DNA from: Phoronis australis
Lineage: Eukaryota; Animalia; Phoronida
Assembly (NCBI GenBank): GCA_002633005.1
Contig: NMRA01000018.1
Coordinates: forward strand, 1,375,531-1,439,530
Length of the DNA: 64,000 nt
Direction: 5' to 3'
Part shown: piece after piece, positions 34,085 to 47,666 of the stretch
Layout: every line of letters begins with the position of its first letter
Numbering within the stretch: position 1 is the stretch's first letter
Position numbers and translations under genes: made by a program
The notes under the pieces: model-generated
What the model was told of the DNA's origin: nothing
Databases searched by the model: none
What the model saw: the letters and a program-made list of their open reading frames with translations, nothing else

Positions 34085-37000
34085 AAAACTATTGTTTAAT
34101 CACCTTTCTAATCAAAGATAAAATCAAACACAAAGGAGAAAACTTAAAAAATGTCAAATTTAAGACATACAATTAATCCTTAAACCTTAATGGCCTGTGG
34201 TGGTGCAGCGCTTTTAGCTCTGGTCTCCGATTTGAGAGACTTTGGCTAAAATTCTGGTTTGACTGGCAGACAATCGAGCATTGTACATATGTGTCTTTTG
34301 CATCTTTCAACTCAAACTTTGTGACACATGAATGCGAGGGAGTGCATGAGAACCTAGACACAACAGTATTATTAATTGTAATAATAGCAATTAACGCAAA
34401 CCACTGAAATGCTGCACAACTGCACCACAAACAGTATGCATCTCTGGGTGTTTATTAGTATCAAGAAATGTCTAAAAATAGAAAAGCCACTATGGGGCAC
34501 AGCATACCAGTAAGTCCAATGGGTCTGAAACAAGGCAAGTGTTGATAGAAACTTGTTCACCTAATTGAGAGAGTACCCATCAAGATACTGGATGGGTACT
34601 CGGCAGATGTAAAGCCATACACAAAGAAAGCCTAAATTACCACTAGGGGACATCACAGTGAGTGATTGGACATGTCCCCAAATCAACGCCATGCATTCTC
34701 TCCACAACTAGAAAATGCACTAAATTTTCTGCAAATCCATTCAAGAAATTAGTAGATTTTGTGGCCAAAAAAAAAACACATTTGCCACTTGGACATGCCC
34801 CAGTAGTTGGGACCCTTCGAATCAACCAAACTAGTTCTTTGAAGGTCAGGCCTGCCGAGAGGAACTCCATATTACCAACAGCATTTTCTAACTGTAAAGC
34901 AAATGCTAGGTCAAAACCAAAGACTGAGAATTAATCACCTCAATATGACCTAATTAGGGGGTAGCACAAACTGCTTCATCATTTTCCAATCAGCACAGCA
35001 GATTTGATTTTTCACATGACCAGAAATGGTTTATCATAGTAATTATTTCTTGGGGAAACAGTATGGCAATGGTTTATGTCTGTCAGCTGTCTCCAAAAAT
35101 TTATGATCTGGAGTAGATAATGGAAGTGTGGACATGGGTTAGAATTGGTGTCATCACTCAAACAATAACCATTGCATGCTCTAAGTTGTTAAAATCTCAC
35201 AATTTCAGACAAATATAATATGCCAAAATTGCTTTTTTTTCATTTTTCAATGGCTTCTAACACAGTTGTGAATGCCCATAAATTTTCAAAATATTATCAG
35301 GTGATAGCTGTGGTGCAAAACTTGAAAACCGAAAAGAATTAATTTGATGCTACATAGCAGTACTTACCGGGTATCTTTCACGAAAAAAAGCAAAAAAAAT
35401 CACGTATTGCCTCTGAAATTGGTGATATTTTACCATACCGGCATTACAAAAAAATTCAGTGTCCCCCTCCCCTTTTTCTTGAAATACACTATACAGCCAC
35501 TTCTCAGATTTTTGATTTTTAAACACCCCTGCTCTGCTAAGTAGCTGTCCCATCAAATCGTTTACCCTTGATCTTACTCCTATAAGTAAATTTCACATAG
35601 TTAAATTTCATTTCTATGAAAATAGCATATATCCAAGTGTTCGAGTTACTAACTAAGCTACAAGAAATCTCACCAATTTCAGACAAAAATAATTACCAAA
35701 ATTTATTTTCATTTATGAATGTCTACAATTTTTTGAAATATTGTCAGGTGGCAACTTAAACATGGAAAGGCATGATTTAGAGCTATATATCTCATGGGAA
35801 AATGAGAAAATAAAATTCCATGTGTCTGCCATACAATGATACTGTATCCAAATTTGGAGAGATTTTACCATACACTGGGTTTCTTGATGTTTTTAAGGCC
35901 TTGTGACTCCAAATTCAAGCCTGGCTTAACAAATGTTGATGAAATGGGCAGAAACATGGAACTTTGGACAAAATGCCACACTGTCCATGGGTTCTTTACA
36001 GTCGAATTATAGAGCTTGGTCAACATCCCCCGTTTTCCAGAATTACCTTGAAGTTACACTGATAGAAGGGGGGGAGGCTTATACTAAATTGTTACACAGT
36101 CTAGTGATCACGATGAAATTGTGAATATATTAAACCAAAGGCCATGAAACCATGTACAACAAAGATCAGATTTAGACATCTTAAGTGGGTTTACAACTAA
36201 AACGTGGCAGGAACAACTGAAACCACACATGTAAACAGGACTGACAGGGAAAAAATTGACACCATTTCAACTTTTGTCACCAGGTTTTGAGGAAGTGTAA
36301 CTTGCACCTGATCATCTTGTGCCAAATGAGCAAACCATTACTGGAAGAACAGATCCATATCTAGTGCGACTGCATGCAGTGTGGGGAACACACAACAGGG
36401 TGCATTTCCAACAAATTTTATCATCTTTGTTATTGAATGACCTTAATCCATAAACGTATCCTAAAGCAGTGAAGTTAAGGTCTCTGTGCCAACAAATCCC
36501 AGTTATACACCTCCCAGGCAGCTTTTGTGGTGTACATCAACCAAGTTGCTAGATAAGTACAAAAGCTGCTTTGCATTTACCAATAAGCCCATTTACACAA
36601 TCCCTATGGACTCAAACCACAACCTCTCCCCAATTACACTGGATAGGCAATTAATCCGGACTGACTCAAATCTCTTTGGTCTTACTGTTATCATGCACTG
36701 CCAAGATTCAGAGTAGGCTTAGTCACAGGGCAGTCTACTAGAAGAATCCCGAGCATGCGCACCTCTCTTCTCACCATGTACCTGGCATCCGTCCCACCCC
36801 CAGTAGGAAACAAAACTGTTTAAAGATAAACCTTGACCCAATAAAAATTCCTTATATTGGTTTCAAAATATAGTTTTTACTTTTTATTGCAAAATTAACA
36901 TGAAAAATATAAAAGGGGATTGATAATTATCAGGGGATAGCTAATTGCTCAACCCCTAAATCTGCTCCAACATTTAATAGCACAACCCCATCCAAGGTCG

Positions 37001-37321
37001 TCACATGTATTTGGCAATTCCCTCTCTTAGCACCACCAGGCATCCTGCACTTCAAAATTCCAGCCTCATCACCGTATAAATGGGACGAAAATGTAGGTAG
37101 CTACTTTACTTATCTTGAAAAAGGTCTATCATTTGATGCAAATGGAATTGCATTTCACTAGAAAGCAGCAAGTATTCTACTCAACTAACTATCGATTTAT
37201 TCTTATTAGTTAAACTAACTTATCAGAAGCTATCATTAGGCTTCATCAATAAGGATAATGAAAGGCAGTTAAACTGACAGTTGTGTTTATCTATTACAAT
37301 GCGACTAGAGTGACTAGAGTA

Positions 37322-37660
37322 GGACCGTCCCGAATTACACAGCAATAGAACTCACCTTTGCTCTACCTATTTTTGGAAATAGACACGTTTTTGTGTTGCT
37401 TTAATAGATGTCCAGAAGGCGAAAAATTTAGGATCATGCATCCAAGGGTCCAGTTTTTCAAACTTTTTCACGTCGGAGTTGCAGCCCACAGCACAGCAGT
37501 GATACTTTGTTAGCAATGGAAGGACGAACAGAGTAATGCAACCGAGCAACAAATAACATGTGAAGTGCAAGTGGCACGAAAACGACGCAGCAAATGTGCC
37601 TGATGGATTGTGGGTAAATACAGCCGGACTCGAGTGTCGCTGTGTAATCCGGGACGACCC
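37322..37660. mobile_element. Small TIR element (Harbinger/ISL2EU-like) carrying a THAP N-terminal relic
   Basis: TIR ggaccgtcccgaattacacagc / gctgtgtaatccgggacgaccc with TA on both flanks; minus frame YHCCAVGCNSD...KFFAF. Confidence 0.65.
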
Positions 37661-39705
37661 TATAGTCGGGACACAGAAAGCTTTATGATTTGAGCTGGAT
37701 TTATCTAAAAGCTATAAAAAATCTACTTCTAACAATTACTAGTAGTAATACAGAATGACACTCACAATTTTGGGACGCACAGTATCTTAACAGTACACAA
37801 GTTTTACCATAGGTAATTTAAAATTCCACTCTTGGACACAATATCTCACTAATTTTGAACAACGACTGCCAAAAATGCCGCTTTTCATTTTTCAAGAGCT
37901 TCCAACAATGTTGTGAATGACAGGAACTTTTCAATATGTTGTGTCACGGTTATGTTACGGCACGACAGTAAAAATTATCCATGTGCCTTCTACTTATCTT
38001 TTAACAAGACATAAGAAAATGAAATTTCGTTGTTTTCTATACGTATTTTGAACTAAATTGATGACATTTTACCATAGCAAAATTAATTCGTCAGAAAATT
38101 TATAAAACTAACTAATAGTTCAATGTCTGAATAACAGTAGATATCTACAAGATGTACGTATAGCTAACTTCAACCACCCAAACATCTTCATCACCTGAAT
38201 TATCAAACCCCCTTCCCCCAGGAGAAAACTAAGCGCTAGAAAATTTTAAACAATCCAATAAAGATTTATCTGTTCCTCTGGGCCAGATAAACAGTAATTC
38301 CATGGAAATGATAAGAATCACCATAGAAACTCACCACATCCAGTTCACAAGCTGATAAGAATGCCTACAAATCAAAGACATACCATTAACCATACCACTA
38401 GCAGAGGAAGGGTTGACCACCTGCCCAAAAACCACACTTCCATGTGTCAGCCTCATTCATAATCTAACAAGGGCTGTTAAGAACAAAAAACAATTTGTAC
38501 ATGTAAGTATGGCACTGATTGAGTGATTAACCAAGCTGTTAAGATGTGGTGATAATATTGGACTTCAAGCCTCAAGTTCAAAGAGACACACAGCAGTGGC
38601 CCACACCTTCTGGAACCATGTATTGGCAACGGTAAAAATTTTCTAGTATGGGTCAGAGAAAAATTAATGATTGGAGCTTGTGCCAAATTTTAGTAACAGA
38701 CAACATTGGTGGTTACAAATTGAAGAATTGCTAAAAACAAAAGATGATCATTCACGATTGGGAGGCATGAAAACGATCATTCATAACTGAACATTGGAAA
38801 TTGTACAGAGAGTATGAATGAGTGTACTTCAAGGTGTCCAACAAAAAAGTAGTCGTGTTTTCAATCAAGTTCATAAAAATTATGTAATTAAGAACTATTA
38901 ACTCACCACACTGAAAAACGGAACAAAGTGTTCCTGCCAAAAACATGAACTGAAACAATGGCATTCGGAGATGTTATTGCCCGTGACTCAAATAAAAATT
39001 ACAGAATAACGAGTATGGCACAAAAAGATCGTACAAACAGCAATTCCTCATAGCAAGGTTCTTTTTCATTACTGTAAGTTTACACAGAACAGAGCAATTT
39101 AATAAATCTTATTGCTTTTGTTCACCCCCAAGTGAATGAAAACACAAAGCTTGCAAAAATGACACGGCTAACACTGTTTGTTTCCATCTCTTCAAATACA
39201 TTAAACATTGTTTAGTATAACATTGCGTGTTTCTACATTGTTGAGGAATTAGGTAAAATATCAAATTCAGAATAATGGAGTTCCTAATAGTGTAACTCGA
39301 AGTATGGACCTCACCAGCTGAATAATGGTGTGAAAACTATTGAGGAACTGCAAAGTATAACAATTATTGAGTAAAGGCTTACAGATTACCTGCACAAAAT
39401 GGATTTGGGGTATTCAAACCTCATTTAGATTTCAGGGTCATTTCAGTTCACAATCACCTTGAAGCAATTAAGCCATCAATCAAAATGAACAGAAAGCAAT
39501 TTCAAAGCCTAATAAGCACTAACTTGAAATAAACTATGTAATAACTTTAAGCTTCCAGTCAAAACCAAACTTTGATTTTGACCACATGCCAATGCAAAAT
39601 CCATCTCAACTTATTATCTACTCAAATTAGAGGAAATTTCTAGGTTTGACCTTAGCGGCACTTGATTAACTTTGCCGGTTCTGCTACGCATACCAGCTAA
39701 AGACT

Positions 39706-40063
39706 CTTTCTCATTAGGGAACTTCAGTTCGCCAGCCATTTATGAGTGTTTTTGAAAATGATCAGTGATATTCTTCATCAGATATGCTTTCTTATATTTA
39801 TTTACCTCCAACTATTGAGAGCACGTTGGCTATGCTACAATAACAAAGAACACGGTTTGTGAGTCTCGCGCGATCGTATATCGTTGCTGCAACATCTACC
39901 AATAACTTCGACGAATCTTCACTTTTGGCTAGTACCGAAGCTTCGCTTTTAAATCCTAGCATTTTAAGTGAAGTTTCGTTTGCAGATTAACTACGGGTGT
40001 TAACCTTTCCCACTTACATACCGAAACTTCCGTAAAAGCGAATTTTCGCTTCTAACGAGAAAG
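39706..40063 (+). mobile_element. TIR element (ctttctc...gagaaag), copy 2 with internal deletion
   Basis: tcttcatcagata.gctttctt...ctattgagagcacgttggcta...gaagtttcgtttgcagattaactac shared with copy 1. Confidence 0.7.
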
Positions 40064-42341
40064 CAAATTAAGACATCCGATATTGGCCTGTAAGCTGGAT
40101 GTCGTCATCAAGAACCAACCAGACTGACTAGTCCGTTGACCCAGAAGAACTGGTAAAGTCCATCAAGTGTAGCCATTACTGCTTCAAACGAGGTTCAATT
40201 AAGTTGCTTGTTATGGTAGGTTACATTAATTACGTAGTTTCAGTTGCTGAATGGGAATGCAGTGACGACATTGCACATGAACCTGCAAAGAAAAACTGTG
40301 TACACCAGCTTTAATTGGCAGTAAACTGTATTTTAGTCAACGCTACGAAATTAATCTAAAAAAAACACAAAACCACTATCATAGCCCTTACTTCAAGAAA
40401 TTCACTTTTGGTCGCCTACATGCTTTGTTGCATTCAGTTTATTGCCCAGCACTGGATTATTGAGTTCTCAATTTTTAAGTTTAAATAAACTGAGAAGTAA
40501 CTTGAGGAAATACGGTAATTCTAGAAAACAGAAGTGAATATTCCTCATATCTTTTACTTCAATGGTTGATCCCAAAGTAAATTTTGCCTTCAAGCATGAT
40601 TCTAAATTAACAGAAAAGTGTCAGACTATTAAATTCCATCATACAAGCAGATAATAAATCATACTAACTTAACTCCAGTATGAGCTTCATACAAGCTTCC
40701 CTAGTTAATGACATTGAAGTAAACAGAAGTGATGCTATGACATCTAAGTAACTTGGCGCGCTAACCTTTTTAATGTGACGAGAACATTCACGTGTGATAA
40801 TTAACATAAAATTTATTTCTAATTTGATTGGTGAGTATTCAGCAAAATAGTTACTGTAGTAAATATGAGTTACGACACTGCTGTCACTTTGAAAATGATA
40901 TGTCGAAATTTGCCGATACATACTAAATTTCTTTGCATTATAGTCAGTGATTAACATAAGAAATATAAGAAAATTCTAAAACACAAAAGAAATTTATCAC
41001 ATGATCTTCTACGTCACAAGAAGCCAATAATGTATGTCAACTGCAAACACCGTGTTCTCTAATATCAACTGATTGGTCGAAATACATTCTTCTGAATGCC
41101 GCCAAAAGGGGGTGTTCTTCAACTTGTTATCAAATCATTGTCGCAATATTCCATAAATAAAGTTGTTCCATTCTCTTAATCCAAACGGTTTCACTCCCAA
41201 TGTCTGATTTGTCCATCAGTTCCACCTGTGATGTACAATGAGCCAAGTCAGTCATGATCAAATGGGAGAGAATAACTCTGATTTATTTTCAGCATGTTGG
41301 AATTACACAACACTGCCCTCAAATACTTTTTTAAATCCAAACCACTAACCTAACCGATATTTACAGTACTGATCAGTGTTATCTTACTTGTTTAAACACA
41401 CAAGACTCACCAACAGCAAGTTGGACTTTCATACTGTGTGGTCAGAAACAATGAATCCTACAATGCTACATGCAATTTACAAGGAAGACTGTTGTAGTGA
41501 GACATGTACCGCTATGTAAAACTTCAAAGCAGCAACGCAACCGTAGTCTGAAGAGGACTAACTTCAGAAATAGCACTAATGGAATATTTCCGTCACATCA
41601 AAAAAGCAATTAAGGAAATGTTTAAAAGAATAAAAGTGCGATACACAATTTCTACAAAGCAGTGACATCTGCAATTTCACATAACAGAAGTGTTTAAAAC
41701 TCGTTCAGGAATCACACTTGCTCACCTTTTAACACAACTACTTAAAAAGAAAGTCAATGTAACTAGGACAATCACTATGAAAAAATGGTACACATAGCTT
41801 TTAGCTAACTGTAATATAACAGTTTCAAGACACACACAGCGCTAATTAGATCAATTGCAGTTCACAGACACCATTAAACTGGTGCTGGGAGATATCAAGC
41901 ATAGGCATCTGGTTCATTTAAAACCCACAAACACAAACTATGAGTGATGGTGAATAACAATTGTCTGAAAACATGTACAATTGAGAAAATCTTGATACTA
42001 TTAGCCACCTAATCAAGGCAAAAGTATTCTGTATTTCGGCTCAACCAATACAGTTTCTATGAGTATAATCAAGACTGTCCAGGCACCAATGTTGACAGCA
42101 CCATGATGTTAACCAAGCAGCAGGTAGGTACAAAATAACAAAAAAAAAATCTCCATTAAATGGGTAGGGAACTGCCACCACACATTCAAAATTAAAATCC
42201 AGACCAACACCATAACTGGGCAACAAAATGACAAAATTAACCAGTCTTAACTTCTTCCATTAACCCATCTGAGACTAAACGAAGAAGCCAAAATACCCAA
42301 TTAGTAACCGAGACAAAGCCCAAGAAGGCAAGACAATACTA

Positions 42342-42515
42342 GTGGGACAAAATGCCCACAACAGGTGGTACAAGTGAAGTAAAATACCCACCTGAGACAA
42401 AACCCGAGTGGGACAGAGAAGCATATCCAGGGACAAAATGCCCACCAGAGATGGTACCTGAGAGGGCCAGAGATCCAGGGACAAAATGTCCACCAGAGAC
42501 AGGACTGGGACACAG
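42342..42515. repeat. Degenerate minisatellite (gggacaaaatgcccaccagaga core)
   Basis: Core at about 42344, 42430 and 42478, with a variant aaaatacccacc at about 42381. Confidence 0.7.
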
Positions 42516-43228
42516 AGTCACCGTGGTCTTCCAAGACCTGAATTAAAGAGCACAGACCCAAAGTTCAAAGGATTTGCCGTAACTGTAAGGCTAATTGCCA
42601 AAACGAAAGTTAAATTGTCATTGGCGATCTCTAACAGACACGCGTATTCGAGTGGCTAAGTGGCATGCAATTTGAAGTAGAAGAAAATACACATTGAAAA
42701 AATACAACCAAAATTTTAGAACTGACCTGCCATATCAATGTCACCAAAGTCATTTAAGATGCAAGCTGCCTCTACTTGTTCAAGCTGTTCAAAGGTTTGC
42801 AACTTGAATGAAAAGCTTCTTGTCAAAGAGCTTCCACAAGGCGTTGTATGCCTAAGTCAAATGATGAGAAACAGCGACCACTGTGGAACATTGGCTACTT
42901 CTCATACGTGGGTATAACTGCACCATTGTGATTTTTGCCGCTATGTGCGAACATTAAGAAATATGGCTTTTGGTAAAGAGTGAATTCGTATAAAATTACG
43001 CTGAGCACAAATAAATGTTTACAACCTGTGGGTTACTTACACTGGATAGATCAATCCATTCTATAGAGGGTGAGAAAGAATCAACTATATTGCATGCAAA
43101 AATAATCAAGAAATTATGGAAAATTTGGATGGGTCTGAAATATATGGGGGCTAACCTCTTGCCATCTTGGGAAGTACATCTATAACCAACCAGAGATGAA
43201 TTTTGAAGAGAAAGCTAAAACCACATAG

Positions 43229-43355
43229 AATCCTACACGAGTCTCAGGTTTACGACATTGGCAAAACCTCTTGGAAATTTTGACAAGCCTTGGGATTTTG
43301 ACAAAATTTCCAAGAGGTTTTGCTCATGTCATAAATCTGAGACGAGTGTAGGATT
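43229..43355. repeat. Long inverted repeat / hairpin (58-bp arms)
   Basis: aatcctacac..gtctcag.ttta.gacat..gcaaaacctcttggaaattttg mirrored, 7 mismatches in 58 by hand count. Confidence 0.9.
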
Positions 43356-46284
43356 TGTTTTCTCATATGAACCGTAAGAACGAGTGTCTAAAACTTTCAA
43401 CTTTTGTACAAACACGATTGCGCAATGTAAAGTAATTCAGTTACTTTTTGTTCATAGTTTTATTTTAAGCTTAGCAATTGTAAATTGTATTAAGCTTTCG
43501 GAGCAGATATTCAAGTTGGAATCTAACAAATAGCCTTTGAATTTGTAATATTAAAACTTAAAAAACGTTTGTAAATAACAATCAGCAAGGCTTCCCCACA
43601 TGTGAGCACTGAATTGACCTTGAGACAGCACAGCTAGACAGTCTCGTTGCGTTTCTTGAGTTGGGGCTCGTCTCCGTTTGAACGAACGCGGATATGGAAT
43701 TCACCGCCGAAGATGGGTCCATTTAAGAAGTTGTTTGCATGTCCTTCCGACTGGGAGTATGTACAGTTGCGACAACCAATTTGTCAATCATAACCTTGTC
43801 ACCTTCCCGGAATTCCGACATTGTTTGGTTGGCGCGCGTTTGGTAGTTTTAGAGTTTTGCAGACGATAAATGTAAGGCATATGGATTTCTACTTTGCACT
43901 ACTTTGTGATTCGCCCATGTAATATCAAAAAAGTTACGTAATCGGTGTTATTAACCAGTCGTGTCATAACACATTCCAGGTCATGTGAGAAATATTGATA
44001 TTGAAAAACCTGGCTGACACTCCTCACAATGCTGGAATTAAGCAACGAATTCCCGTTCACAATAATCCATTAATCAAGATACAAGATTATAGAAACATTG
44101 AGAAATGCTTTAATTCAGTATACAAAATGCTGCCATAAAAAGCATGATGACAAGCACCTGACATGAATATTAAGATCTTACACAGTTATGACTGATGAAT
44201 GTGCTGCTGTTACAGAAAAACTGATGCTTGATAACGATGCAGTGCAAATTTCACAACAAAAATTTTTTTGAGTCAAGTGTTCGTAACGCATTCATTAACT
44301 AGTTTTGCATTTTCTTGGCTCAACTCTCATTATTTTACATTGTACTTTTCATAATAAACAATAAAAAAATCTTCACGGGCTACTTTTTGTAAGTGTCACC
44401 TACCACGTCACGTGCTCCGCTCAGTTTCGCACTTTTTATGACCTAATTGGCGTCAACTGAAATAGTTTGAGTTTATCGCATGCGCTGAAAAAGTCAACGG
44501 CGACCAAAGTAGTGAGGTGTTGGAATTCTTCACCAAAGTTATCTTAATTCCCGTAGACACGCTTCTTTAAGCATATGTCATAGAACCAGGAAGGATCGCT
44601 GAAAAAAGTAAATGCTTTTTCAAGTGACAATTTCAAATGTAAAATATATTGTTGACGAAGTGAAACCTCTTACTTGGTGACGAATTTGGCCTACCACCTG
44701 TTTAATATACATGACACAGAGTTAGTTTGTAGGTGATCGGCCTTTTAACTGAAGTGGGGATCTTGTGTTGTAGCCCATAGCAAGCCAGCCGAAAGGCTAC
44801 GTGTTGCCTTGGCCAAAATCACTTCTCATAGTCGAGACCAATTTTTCAGCATATACTAAAAGTGGTTTAAAACAAAAATAAGTTATTTTGACAGAATGCA
44901 GGTTTATTGCTGCTTTAAATGAATGTAACAGCAATTAAGATCAGTTCTGGTTTGACTCTTTGTACGCGATGTTTCATGACAAGGTGATCGAATGAGAACT
45001 ATTCTGATGTTAGTCAATGATACACATCCTCCAAGGCTCTTAAGTCATAAAGCTCCTCGAGTCATGAACCATCCTGCGCGGTCACGCATCATCTAGCGCG
45101 CCTTGGTACAAAGCTGTATACTTAATAAACAGCTTTGCACCGATGTGGGTAAAAACCTGACCAGATAAAATCTGACACAAAATTAGAGTCATTAAAAACT
45201 ACACCCTTCCTTGAGTACACTATATTATTTACCAGTGTTGGAAAATTGGCATTCTACCATTATTCTACAGCTAAAGTTGTGGAGCGATCTTATGCATTGG
45301 CTTTCGGCGCCATAAAATATTGCATCACCTATTGGCCAGTTTTTTTGCGGATTGTTTGATCAACTGTTGTTCTTTCACGAGGTTGCGTACACGTCACAAC
45401 AAATTATTGGAAATGGTTCACTTCATTATAAGTTTTTAGAATTTTGATACCCGCAAACCGAATTTCAGGAGAAATTTTGTTGCTGCCAAGCTATCATCAT
45501 CTCCAGACAGATGTCGCAAAAATTTAGGAAATGGCGCGTGCGCGTGTCATGACTTTAACTTTACATGTTGATACAAGTTTCGCGGCGAGGTGACGAGCAG
45601 AACTACCCTAGCTGTGTTCAATTTCAGGGTCTATGGAAGATTAGCACACAGTGATACCTGTATTTTGACGATAGTCTTCATACAGCTAGCTGGTTGAAAT
45701 TATGCATAATCGTCGCGTTTCAAAGGCCATTTTCTCGGTAACCGCTCACCCATTTTTTCTGATTTTTGCACCATTTCGTTTCTCACACCAAGGGCTTTTC
45801 AAAAATGTACGACACATGGGTATTGCAAAAAAATTTAAAAAACGTTGAACTGTCAGTCAACAGTCTACATTCAGCTTAGCACGTTTTTCTACTCACTCAG
45901 TGAACAAATTCAGTACATAAACGAAAGATCCCAAATGAACACTTAACACAAACACCGATGGTGAAGAAGTGACTTTTTATGAGAATCAAGAAAGATCAAC
46001 TCTACCTTGTGAGACTGTCAGACCTTGTCTGGCTTGTCATTTTTCATTTTTGCGTGCGTCCAGTTATTGTCTCCCCTGTACACGGAAATAAACTAACTAA
46101 TGTGTTTTCAAACAAACAAGATTTTTGCATCCGGAGAATTTGGGTTAGAACTGTCAAAGATGTGTAGTATCTTTGGTTTTGTGACTTCTGTATCTGTTTG
46201 AAAGACAAACAAATGAACTATCTGGATACGTGGTAGATGTCATATATTGTCAGACTTGATTCATCATCAGGTAGAATTAAAACC

Positions 46285-46335
46285 TTAGCATTCTTGCTTT
46301 AAATCAGAGTCGCTGGTTCGATTCCCGTGTGGGGA
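46285..46335 (+). mobile_element. tRNA-like B-box fragment abutting a MITE
   Basis: gtcgctggttcgattcccg. Confidence 0.4.
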
Positions 46336-46758
46336 TGCTGTGCGTGAACTTGGAATCCTGCTGTAATCTCAAGATTGCGTCTTTGTGAGCGTGAACTTGG
46401 AATACTTGAGGAAACTTGACAAGTTCACTCAAATAGCCACGTTCACGTTGATAAAAATTGCACTGCACTAAATCAAAATTGAAACAACGTGTTAATAAAA
46501 TAAATTAAATTTTAAAATTTTTTTTTCAACTATTGATGATGCACCAATCTTATTGATGCACCAAACAATTCACATTCCCCCCATTCTTTTTGACACAAGT
46601 TACGGCAAAGGAGAAAATGGATGGTTTTGAGGCCAATAATTAAAAAAAAATTTTCATTGAACAAAAAATTTCACCTGATTGCCAATTGAATTGAATATTC
46701 AATTCCAAGTTCACGCATAGGTGATCCTGAGATTAAGCAGGATTCCAAGTTCACAGCA
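46336..46758. mobile_element. MITE with duplicated gtgaacttggaat TIR motif
   Basis: tgctgtgcgtgaacttggaatcctgct / agcaggattccaagttcacagca. Confidence 0.75.
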
Positions 46759-46785
46759 ATACTACCCGGCGGTTACTTAATTGTC

Positions 46786-47168
46786 GCGCCATTAGGCCCA
46801 TGGGCGTATGTGGCAATATGCAAATCACTTAGGTAAAAAGGCTGCAGAAAGGCTTTATTTCGGATATAGTCCACCGGCCTAAAGCCCCAAAGGCACGGCA
46901 ATACGGTAATACAAAACTACATTTCCCGGCCAAGTTTGGTGAACATTGCCAGGCAAGGAACTCCAAAGAGACAGAGCCAAGAGGCAAATGTAAAAAAAAG
47001 CACTGCGGTAGCGGGTGTGCCTATACTATATGTGAATTAATGTAAGGACATTACCTGGGCTTATATGCAAAACTAATAGACGCATGCGCCATTACATGCA
47101 AACCACTTGTCAGAAAAGGCCACGAAAAAGGCATTATTTCTGACATAGGCCCATGGGCCTAAAGGCGC
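46786..47168. mobile_element. MITE with ~26-bp TIR
   Basis: gcgccattaggcccatgggcgtatgt / acataggcccatgggcctaaaggcgc. Confidence 0.7.
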
Positions 47169-47666
47169 AGAAATACGGTTCAATACATTTTACACTTAAA
47201 ATTGTCACTTAAACATTCGCATTTTTTTTCACTCAGTGACCCTTTCTGATTCTTTACATATGAAGCATGTTTTGAAATTACTTTGGCAAAGAATTCCAAC
47301 TCCACTTTTTTGGTTGCCTTTAATTTTTCACCGCACGATAACCAAAATGACGTCATGCAAGTTACGCAAGAATAAGCGCGTGACACTTGCAAGAAGTAGC
47401 ATGGGAAGATATCTGATGGAATTTTAAGATTGATAGGCATGATTTTGCGTAACTTTCTCAAAATGGCATGGGCAGTGAGGGAATCTCTAGTGAAACGCGA
47501 GGGATTTTCATGGATGCTCTAATTATGTCGACTAATTTGTCTCCAGAGTAATAGCATGTGTTAATTTTAACTCCATTTGTTTATATGCATGTTTCATTGA
47601 GACAGTACCACCATCTCAACTTGCCCCAGTAGAGATGATCACCATCCCATAGGCCCTCGATAACTA

